From IMG/VR virus record IMGVR_UViG_3300027976_000010: a DNA stretch of 56,778 bases; one strand, written 5' to 3'. Positions 19,396 to 27,737 of this stretch are shown here, piece by piece. The position numbers were made by a program, and so were the translations under genes. The stretch's first letter is position 1. Every line of letters starts with the position of its first letter. The notes under the pieces were generated by a model, which was not told where the DNA came from, did no database searches, and was given only the letters and a program-made list of their open reading frames with translations. The DNA comes from an uncultured virus (IMG/VR IMGVR_UViG_3300027976_000010). Taxonomy: Duplodnaviria > Heunggongvirae > Uroviricota > Caudoviricetes.

Positions 19396-22300
19396 TCATG
19401 ATTTTTGCGCAACCATGCTGACGATAGACGGCAATATATACCGTGGGAATTTACCCGATACCAAAGAGTCTTTCTCCTCTCGGCCTATCCCGCTTCGGCT
19501 GTCATTCATTGAATCAAATTGGTCGGCCATAAGGTAGTTATTGGTCTTTTCCATTCTCCGTTTTAGGTTCATATGGAACCAATTACGCCTTCGTTGTAGT
19601 TTGAGAAGATATGCCAGAACATGCCCAATTTCGGTTACGATGGCGGAAGTCATATCCACCAGTGGTGTATCGGGGTAACTTTCCCTGATTTCCGGCGTGC
19701 TAAATGGCTCCCCGGGAATACCCATACGGGTTCTGTCTAGGCCCCCCGTGCGGCCCCTATCCAAACCTCCCGTATGGACTTTATCCAAATATTCAAGTCT
19801 TCCTAAAAGGGTGTCTAGGGACGAGTCCGCCACCACCCACCCCTTGAATAGCATTTCATTACTCGCATCCTCGGCACCCCCGAATGGCATTGAAGCTGGG
19901 CCACGATGATAATTCTGTATCGCTATTTCGGCATGGCGCTTCGTAACTTCTTCTCCGTGGCGGCGGAGAGGGTCATTTGAAATCCATTTACTTCCAGGCA
20001 ATCTCCCCATCATTGACCCAGATGGGCCGTCATCAAACGACAGCTGTTCTTGGGTCAAATCTTGAGTCTGCGCCGGCGGGCTTTGTGACGGCCCCTGATC
20101 GGGCGTGGCTTGTGGGTTTGGAGAATTTCTCGCACGCAAACTGCCCCGTTGCGTACTCGGCCCCCTATCCATGCGTCTGGCCGCACTTAGCGCATCCTCG
20201 CGTCTTCCGTATGCCTCTCCGGTCGGCGAATTATTATTATGCGTATCAATTATGGACCACGAACCATCTGGATTCGGCCTAATGTCGTAACGTTGCTCGA
20301 TATAGGCCATTGACCCGCTAGGACCGCCGGGGGGCTGATATGACGGGGCGTTATACAGATCTTCAAGGAAAGTTCCGAGCGTGTCTTTTAATTTAGAATC
20401 GGCCGGCTCGCCGGTTTCGGGCGATACGAAAAACCCGCCATACGGCCCACCGCGTGATTCTATGTAATCCCGGTCTCTCGGATTGCCGTTCTCATCAAAT
20501 GAAATTCCGTTATTTATTTCTACCGCGCTATCGAGCCAGCTGTCGTAGCCATCGCCGAGCTCTTGTTTTTTCAAATCAAGCATGTTTTCAAATTTCTTAC
20601 GCCTATCAATCAGGATCATTTTTTCTGCTCGCTCAAATGGGGACATCCCGGCCATCTGCTTGATTTCGGCCAAATCGCGACCCCGCGACGCATAACCAAC
20701 AACATTCTCTGGCGTTATATCTAGGTCGCCGGCGATAGAAAGGACATCATAGGTAAATCCATCAAAAACCTCCGGGAGGCCGTCGACTATGATTGTTTCA
20801 CTGGCCCTCATGTCTAGTAGGTGGTGAAGATCCATCAGGTCATCCATGGATGGGTTTTCCCAGTCCCTATTTTCCATGTTGGTGAATCTTGCGCCTATTT
20901 GCAAAGCGACAGATTCCCAATCATCTGGACCGTACACATTTTGAAGCCGTCTATCGATTAGGCGGCTACCGCTTAATGGTATTTTGGGTTGACCTCCACT
21001 TGGATGCAGGGACATGCTCCCGCTTGGGTCATCCCCGTTAATATTATTTCTAATTGCTACGGCTTCTGGACTGGCCAAGAATCTAGATTGAATTTCTGAC
21101 CCGATATTTTCAATGTCCCGCAAAAACCTTGATCTTGTTGCGTTATCCTTGGGATGAGGCCTCTCGGATCCAAAGAGTTGTTCAATTGATTCATTAAATA
21201 ACTCTCGCAGTTCGTCCGTTGTTTTGCTTGACAGGTCCTCGCCGCGTCGCAATGCCATGCTCCCGCTGGGGCTATTACTGCTGTATCTGAGATCGAGCTC
21301 GCCTAATACGTAGTCGATATTCCTAACTGTGTCAAAATCCGATGAGCTTAAATCAAGGGTCATTTCTAGGTCGTCAAATAATATATCCCCACGATCGATA
21401 TCATCCTGAATATCGCCGACCCTGTCAAGGGCGGAAATTTCACGTGCGCGTTCCCTGTCGACCACATTGAGTCGCCTGCGTATATTATGCTCACTCGTTC
21501 CATGGCGACGAGCAAGTTGCCTTATTGCGTCCGCATCGGAAGTTGACGACATTAAATCATTCAGCTCATTGTATATTTGCGCATTATAGGAATCATCCAT
21601 TGCGCGATCTGACGAATTAGTTGGCCTTGCGTAACGCCCCATTGAACCCGACGGATTTGCCATTTCAAAGACGCTTATATCCACGTTGCCGGTAAGCAAA
21701 TACTCCCCATTTGGGGCTCTCTCAATTTCTATGCCGAATTCATCGACGTAAGATTTGCCATCCGTGCGCATAACTCGATCGATAGCCGCGAATCTATCCA
21801 GGAGGTCATTGGTCTGCGCCGCGTCAATGGGGGCATCCGAATGGAGTCTGGATATAATCGTTTGCAATTCTTGGTCTTGTTCTTCGCGGGGCATTGCTGC
21901 GTATCTCGCATCATGCTTATTCGGTGTCCAGTATGACGGAGGAAAATAATTATTGACTCGTGTCGGAGTGAGGTCCATGGAGCCGCTTATTGAATTGTCG
22001 GTGGAATCGGTAGATTTTTTGTGCGATATCCGCGCTTGTTCCCTCTGTCTGTTATGGTCGGCGACCATAACCCCCAGCGGAATATTGACAAAATTCCGCC
22101 TACCCGGTGTTCGCTCTGCGCCGGTGAGTATTGATCCGATCGCCCTACCCGACGCCACCGGATCATTGGGTCTATCCATATTTATCTCAGAGACATCAAA
22201 TTTTTTCCGTATATTGTCGTCGCTATCAGTAGCGTGGAGAAACCACAGATCCGAGAACTCCGATAATGAGGCGCCCGCCTCGACATCAAGAAACGAAACG

Positions 22301-25300
22301 GTATACGGTTTGTTGCCGTACATAAACGAGACTCTATTATTAGAACGAGCCGCATCCAATAACTGACCAATTTTTTCCTTATTATTAACCGAGCCACTAA
22401 TGGCAATAGTTTTTCCAATCACCCCGCGTGTTCCGACTCTTATCATTTCCCGTTCGCGGGGCGCAGTATTTCCGGAGCGCTCCTTTTTGGGCGCTTCTCT
22501 CTCTTCACGAGGCGCTCTCTCTTCGCGAGGCGCCCTTTCCCTGGATCGTCTGTCGTTTTCATTATCCACATTGTCGCCCCAGGCGCCGGGGTCTGCCTCA
22601 TCTTCCCGTATTCGCCGTGCTTCTTCGCCTGAATCGGCTGGCTTATCGCGCGGGCGACGTTCGCCGCTTCCGCCACCGGTCTGCCGTTCTCCACTAAATC
22701 GCGTATTCGGCGGATCAGTTTTAGGCTTACTTGCGTTCTTATCTAAATTTTTATCGTAGCCGACTATCCGATCTACTCGGTAATTTTTTTCGTCTATGCC
22801 GTCTCCGCCAATGACATAGTGGACTCCGGTATGCGGATTTTTCCCCATCCGCGCCGAACGCAGAACTCTCGTCGTCGTTGGTGTGCCGTCGTTTTTATTG
22901 TAGCCAAATTGCAACGGTTTTCCGGTTTTAATATGGGCGCTCACGGCATCAACAATGCTCTCGGTGGTATTATTTCTGCCTATCGTAATATGGGTATCGC
23001 TTTCATCCCATCCGTCCGGTCGCGTCATGTCCATCCCGTAAAGTCCAAGCTCCCGATATTCAGCTTCAACATCTTCGGCATCTATATCTTCACCGGACGC
23101 CCTGCGCAATCTTGCTTCCTCTACCCACGGCTTACTACTTATCATCACGGCTTCTTCGTTTGGAACCCGACCGCGCTGGAAGTTAACACGCTCTACCAGT
23201 TCATCGTATTCATCACCGACCTCATTTGCCGGCCAATGTAATCCTCCGCCTCTTTCCCAGCCCTGCTGATCTGCGCCGCGTGGATGATTCCATTTACGAA
23301 GAACGCCGTTTTCGTCCGCGACAACATACCGGTTTGACTGGCGACTGGTATCACCGATATTTACCGTTGCATAACGCGTTATTTCGCCGGTGTCCATATC
23401 TACATGACTACGCGTCATATCGGAAAGATCAACGGAATCCACTTTTGCCAGTTTCTCCGCCCATGTGTCGTCCTCGGGGGCTTCTGGCGACACGTCCGAT
23501 GGCCCTGGTAGGTTTTCCGGTCCGTCAACCCTGAGGATTGGGATATCTGTTGCGCCCTGCCGACTTGGCGCAACACCGCTGTCATCAAAACCTTTAAGTA
23601 GGCTTCGTAAATAGGCCCACTGTTTTTCTGATAATGTCCCACTCATGCTGTATCGGTTCGCGATGCTTGTGACAACGGTAAGTTTTTTGCCCTGATCCGA
23701 TTTTGGATCAATGCCCATGTCCACGGCTGGGTTAAAAACACCGAGCCTGTCGGCTTTGGCTATTAGGTCATCGGCGTCTGGGGCAATAATATCCGTCTGT
23801 GGATCTTTTGTGATGGTCTTTGAGGCACTGTCTTTACCTCCATAACGGAATTGCCATGTTGATTGCTTCCACCATTGATGAGTTAATCCGCGCCCGGCCG
23901 TAGCCAGCCTTTTTCCAGTACCGGTCTGGAGAAGTGCGTCCAATTTTTCCTTATCGGACATCGCCACTTCAATGACATTGGGGACGACGTTTTCAACCTT
24001 CCCGGCGTTGTGGAACTGAATACCGAATTCGCTTTCGCTGGAATTAAATAAAACAAGATTCCGGCCGCTATCCCGACCTGTAGTAAGAGACGGCGTAATC
24101 GAGAAATTAATTTCCTTTCCATTACCGTCGACATAATGACCGGAGATTATGCCGTCCTTAAATTTTATTGGTCCTGTTTTTGATGCGATTTCCAGAATAT
24201 CAGCTTCTGCCGACGAAACAAATGCGTGATGATCCTGGTGGCGTGTCCAGTAAGTGTTCTGACCGTCATCAAATTCTGGACCGTTTGGCATACGCTCGCC
24301 AATTAATTCATGAATTGGTTTTTGTCCAATTTCCGGATACGACGCGCGCCGAGCGCGAATAAACGGTTTATCCGGATTCGTTCTATCAATTTGTATGTCG
24401 TAGTTCTCGTATTCTCCGTCTTTATTAAGAGTTGCCACCGAGTCGCCGGCCCTGTGTTTTTTGGTGCCGAATTTCATTGATCCGCTTGGACTGCTGTTGA
24501 AATTATCATCCTCTAATATTCGTGCGAATTCATCAAAGGAAGATGTTGCGGATGCATAATTAAACTGTTTGTCAAATTCCGTTGGCCCGATTGTGCGGGT
24601 TGATTCCGTTCCGTCCGACAGTGCTTGAACAATATAAGGTCCATTTTCGTCGGCTCCGAATGTCGACCGGATCACCGTTGGCTGATCATCCGCCAACCCA
24701 GATAGTTTCCTAAGCTTAGAAATAGCCTTTTGTTCTCGTTGCCGTACTTCCTCCCGCGATAAACCGGTTTCGTCGGCTGTGTCGACCAGGGATGCGCCGT
24801 TGAGGCGTAATTTTAATATTCTTCTATCGGATTCCGTTACAGAATCCCGGTGTCTATTTACAAGGGAGCGCATCTCGGCGCGTCGCGGGCTCTCGGATGC
24901 TGAGAGATTTATTGCATGGCCACGAATTCGCGCAATAGTTTCATTCTTGGAAAGATCGTTATCTTTTGCAAGTTTATCAATCGAGTCATCGCCGTATTTG
25001 TCGTAAAGGCGTCTATTTAATTTTTCGTCTGGCCCGCTCCGCTCATTGTCATTATCTGATGACATCCGCAAGATTGACGCCATCGACCCAGTTGGGGCAT
25101 CGGTACCAAAATTCCCCGATACAACATCGGGTACCGCATCCGTTAAATCCTGATTGGCGTTATCGTCTTTTAAATCGCTGACGTCCTCCGCCATTGCCAG
25201 CGCGTCAATTGCTAATTGCATTCCGACTGGCAGATCTATATCGTCATTTAATTCTAAAAAATTTCGCAATTTTGATAAGGCTAGTTGTTCTGATCTACGA

Positions 25301-27672
25301 ACGGAATATCTGTCAGTCCCAAGTCTCTGTGCTGCTTCGTCGAGTGTCTCCCCATCAAGTCTGCGCTTCAACAAATCGATAGAATCGCTAGAAAGCGGGA
25401 TGGACGGATTGTCCAGCGCTCTGCGCGACAATCTATTTGGATGAGTTTCGCCGAGATTCCGCAGCGAGCTTATGTGGCGTACTTCCAACTGTCTAATTTC
25501 TTCTCTGGTTTTTCCAAATTCGTGTGATGCTTGATCGAGAGACATCCCACCGTGCTGGCGAGCTAGGTATATATTTCTCGCCAATTCCGCTTGGGCCTGC
25601 CTAGAGCCGCCAATGTTTCCGCGCGCGGAAACAGCGTCCGGCAGTTTTTCCCCAGTGAATGAGCTTGCATCGTTTCCTCTACTCCGCTCAATTGCGTACC
25701 GCTGCTGGATCAGCTGCTGTAGTCTTCGTCTGTCCCGGATCAATTCCGGAGCTGAACGGTTCGTATTTTCAAAGGTGTTAGTTAGCGAGGCGGTAGCTAA
25801 TCGTCGGTTAATGGCATCCATCTCGGTGTCTATGCTCTCAAGAGAAGAGCTCATGCTCCCGCTCGGATTAGCCGTGCTTGCCCGGCCGACAGGGACTAGT
25901 GGCCGTACTGGCACTGGTGGTGCATCTGGGACCCTTGGTCGCTCTGGAATCGGAGGCGTTACTGGTCTTGGTGGCGGCGTCGGCGCTGGTTCCGGTTTTG
26001 GCACGGGGCGCGGCGGGGTCTTCCATGGTTCGCGTTCTGGTGGAACGGTTATCGGTGGTGGACGCCCTGGTTCCTTTTGAGGTTCTTTTTCTGGAACTTT
26101 TTCTGGAACTTTTTCGGGTTCTTCGTCTGGCTTCCTACGCGGTATCGCTGGCGCAACTTCAGGAATTTCTTCGGGGACCTCGCGCGGCTGTGGCACCGAT
26201 GGCATCATTTCGGCCCCGCGACGATTTCGGTTCAAATTGGGGACATTTGCATCGCTCCCCGGCGTTGGATCGATAACCCCGCGACCCCTATTAATTGTCG
26301 GGATTCCCTCTAAGACAAATTCATCATTGTCGGCGTTGCGGGCCGTCATCGGGTTCATGTTTGTACGCCGTCTATTGAGACTTGGTCGTAGCCCCTTTGC
26401 CTCAATGCCGCTGAGTACGGTCGTGATTGCGGTTATGGCATCTGGTTGCAGGGTGTCGTAGTTTTGAACAACAATCCCCTCGGTCAAAATTTTTATTGAG
26501 AAGCCGTGATATTCGCTAACCGTTCTAACTGTGTCAAAAATATCCGCCGATTCCACCGGATCGGTTGGACTAATAATTACATGGGTGCCAGGGTTCGCTA
26601 ATTTGAACTCGGACAGGGTCATCGCCGATTTTGAATCCCCGCAAGAGCCGCCGTGGATAGCGCACTCATCACAGCAACTATCCTTTTTATCGGCCGAGAA
26701 TGTCAGCACATCCAGAATATTTTGGCCGATTGCCGGTAGCATCGCCAATGTGATGCCGGGCGCGATTGTTTCCCCATTTTCCCTGCTACCCAGCGAAGAA
26801 TGAATAGGAATATAAATTGTTTCTGGTCGCACCTGTTGCGCTGTTCCAAACATGAATTCATCACCGTCGTAATGGTATGTGGCCCGCATCGTTTCCGTAG
26901 ATTGTCCGGCTCCCATTTCAAAGATGGCAATATCGTGGTCGGCACTAACCAGGCGAACGGGGCCGCCAAAGTGCGCAGACAGCGCCCGCGTTAAATCCGC
27001 CGCTCTTCCAACCACGGTATTAATAGGGTTGGTAACCGCTTCGTAAATCGCAGTTACTTGGTTTTTCATCTCAGCACCATTGGGGCCGGCGAGTGCTGAA
27101 TTATTAGCAGGATCCGCGGCGGGCTCATCAGACTTGATGGATATCGTCCCTGTCAACTGATTCGCCCCATGGAGAACAGGGCTGACTTCGTACAGCTCTA
27201 CTTCTTTTAATAGGTTGGCCTGCTGGGTGCTATCAAATACCGCATCTAACGTTTTGTAGCCGATTGACCACTCTTGGTCAAACCCAAAAAACCCGACGTT
27301 AGCAAATGCCTCGCGTCCCTTTTCTGCTTTTAGATTAAATTGGACCTTTGCATAAAGTCCGCCAATGCCGGCCTTTTTCATTTTTGTCGGTAGCCGCGGA
27401 TCGTTTGGGCCGACCTCGTATATTTCAAGGACCTTCCCAATGGGCTCGTTCCAATTGTGGCCCCAAACAACCCGTGGCTTTCTTCTTTTTAGCGAGTTCG
27501 TAAAACAGCCCGGAAGGCATACATCCCCGACGGAATCCTTATTGCCAATGCCCGCCACGAAGCATTCAATGATCCCAAGCGCTTCATCTATATTGAATTG
27601 ACCGGTTAACGACTTGTACTCGTAATCGCGAATGGGGGAGAGCGTGTCAGTCATGGGGTCCTTAATAGACAA
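19396..27672 (-). CDS. HK97-family prohead protease fused to an approximately 2150-aa array of cargo domains (putative polyprotein), 2758 aa
   Basis: The N-terminal ~180 aa carry Peptidase_S78-type motifs (DSVGD, VWGHNWNEPIG, GLYAK, EWSIGY, LYEVSPVLHGAN), and the gene lies directly downstream of the portal. After that come the ARNADND module, a Pro-rich linker, nine [P/I][S/T]GSM motifs, three sigma-region-4-like HTHs and two WYL-like domains. Confidence 0.92.
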   Translation of the reverse strand: MSIKDPMTDTLSPIRDYEYKSLTGQFNIDEALGIIECFVAGIGNKDSVGDVCLPGCFTNSLKRRKPRVVWGHNWNEPIGKVLEIYEVGPNDPRLPTKMKKAGIGGLYAKVQFNLKAEKGREAFANVGFFGFDQEWSIGYKTLDAVFDSTQQANLLKEVELYEVSPVLHGANQLTGTISIKSDEPAADPANNSALAGPNGAEMKNQVTAIYEAVTNPINTVVGRAADLTRALSAHFGGPVRLVSADHDIAIFEMGAGQSTETMRATYHYDGDEFMFGTAQQVRPETIYIPIHSSLGSRENGETIAPGITLAMLPAIGQNILDVLTFSADKKDSCCDECAIHGGSCGDSKSAMTLSEFKLANPGTHVIISPTDPVESADIFDTVRTVSEYHGFSIKILTEGIVVQNYDTLQPDAITAITTVLSGIEAKGLRPSLNRRRTNMNPMTARNADNDEFVLEGIPTINRGRGVIDPTPGSDANVPNLNRNRRGAEMMPSVPQPREVPEEIPEVAPAIPRRKPDEEPEKVPEKVPEKEPQKEPGRPPPITVPPEREPWKTPPRPVPKPEPAPTPPPRPVTPPIPERPRVPDAPPVPVRPLVPVGRASTANPSGSMSSSLESIDTEMDAINRRLATASLTNTFENTNRSAPELIRDRRRLQQLIQQRYAIERSRGNDASSFTGEKLPDAVSARGNIGGSRQAQAELARNIYLARQHGGMSLDQASHEFGKTREEIRQLEVRHISSLRNLGETHPNRLSRRALDNPSIPLSSDSIDLLKRRLDGETLDEAAQRLGTDRYSVRRSEQLALSKLRNFLELNDDIDLPVGMQLAIDALAMAEDVSDLKDDNANQDLTDAVPDVVSGNFGTDAPTGSMASILRMSSDNDNERSGPDEKLNRRLYDKYGDDSIDKLAKDNDLSKNETIARIRGHAINLSASESPRRAEMRSLVNRHRDSVTESDRRILKLRLNGASLVDTADETGLSREEVRQREQKAISKLRKLSGLADDQPTVIRSTFGADENGPYIVQALSDGTESTRTIGPTEFDKQFNYASATSSFDEFARILEDDNFNSSPSGSMKFGTKKHRAGDSVATLNKDGEYENYDIQIDRTNPDKPFIRARRASYPEIGQKPIHELIGERMPNGPEFDDGQNTYWTRHQDHHAFVSSAEADILEIASKTGPIKFKDGIISGHYVDGNGKEINFSITPSLTTGRDSGRNLVLFNSSESEFGIQFHNAGKVENVVPNVIEVAMSDKEKLDALLQTGTGKRLATAGRGLTHQWWKQSTWQFRYGGKDSASKTITKDPQTDIIAPDADDLIAKADRLGVFNPAVDMGIDPKSDQGKKLTVVTSIANRYSMSGTLSEKQWAYLRSLLKGFDDSGVAPSRQGATDIPILRVDGPENLPGPSDVSPEAPEDDTWAEKLAKVDSVDLSDMTRSHVDMDTGEITRYATVNIGDTSRQSNRYVVADENGVLRKWNHPRGADQQGWERGGGLHWPANEVGDEYDELVERVNFQRGRVPNEEAVMISSKPWVEEARLRRASGEDIDAEDVEAEYRELGLYGMDMTRPDGWDESDTHITIGRNNTTESIVDAVSAHIKTGKPLQFGYNKNDGTPTTTRVLRSARMGKNPHTGVHYVIGGDGIDEKNYRVDRIVGYDKNLDKNASKPKTDPPNTRFSGERQTGGGSGERRPRDKPADSGEEARRIREDEADPGAWGDNVDNENDRRSRERAPREERAPREEREAPKKERSGNTAPREREMIRVGTRGVIGKTIAISGSVNNKEKIGQLLDAARSNNRVSFMYGNKPYTVSFLDVEAGASLSEFSDLWFLHATDSDDNIRKKFDVSEINMDRPNDPVASGRAIGSILTGAERTPGRRNFVNIPLGVMVADHNRQREQARISHKKSTDSTDNSISGSMDLTPTRVNNYFPPSYWTPNKHDARYAAMPREEQDQELQTIISRLHSDAPIDAAQTNDLLDRFAAIDRVMRTDGKSYVDEFGIEIERAPNGEYLLTGNVDISVFEMANPSGSMGRYARPTNSSDRAMDDSYNAQIYNELNDLMSSTSDADAIRQLARRHGTSEHNIRRRLNVVDRERAREISALDRVGDIQDDIDRGDILFDDLEMTLDLSSSDFDTVRNIDYVLGELDLRYSSNSPSGSMALRRGEDLSSKTTDELRELFNESIEQLFGSERPHPKDNATRSRFLRDIENIGSEIQSRFLASPEAVAIRNNINGDDPSGSMSLHPSGGQPKIPLSGSRLIDRRLQNVYGPDDWESVALQIGARFTNMENRDWENPSMDDLMDLHHLLDMRASETIIVDGLPEVFDGFTYDVLSIAGDLDITPENVVGYASRGRDLAEIKQMAGMSPFERAEKMILIDRRKKFENMLDLKKQELGDGYDSWLDSAVEINNGISFDENGNPRDRDYIESRGGPYGGFFVSPETGEPADSKLKDTLGTFLEDLYNAPSYQPPGGPSGSMAYIEQRYDIRPNPDGSWSIIDTHNNNSPTGEAYGRREDALSAARRMDRGPSTQRGSLRARNSPNPQATPDQGPSQSPPAQTQDLTQEQLSFDDGPSGSMMGRLPGSKWISNDPLRRHGEEVTKRHAEIAIQNYHRGPASMPFGGAEDASNEMLFKGWVVADSSLDTLLGRLEYLDKVHTGGLDRGRTGGLDRTRMGIPGEPFSTPEIRESYPDTPLVDMTSAIVTEIGHVLAYLLKLQRRRNWFHMNLKRRMEKTNNYLMADQFDSMNDSRSGIGREEKDSLVSGKFPRYILPSIVSMVAQKS
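26267..26360. repeat. Dispersed direct repeat, copy 2 (partner at 17205-17298)
   Basis: 46-bp exact core 26267-26312; encodes MNPxTARNADNDxFVLEGIPTINRGRGVIDP in both genes. Confidence 0.95.
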
Positions 27673-27737
27673 TATTAAACTAATAAACCGCTTTTGACGG
27701 GAACGGTTTTAATAAACTACGGAATTTGTGGAACGCT

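Noticed and set aside
22490..22545. RERAPREERAPREER and similar short repeats (EKVPEKVP, GGLDRxRT)
   Set aside because: These are ordinary low-complexity linker duplications with no spacer structure.
20011..25866. GSM methionines as internal translation starts, or as a DNA-level repeat
   Set aside because: There is no consistently spaced Shine-Dalgarno (GGGAGC directly abuts the ATG in only some copies), and the codons vary while the peptide is fixed. Protein-level selection fits better.
17205..26360. Repeat pair as the template and variable regions of a diversity-generating retroelement
   Set aside because: There is no reverse transcriptase in the window, both copies are coding, and most differences are synonymous rather than diversifying.
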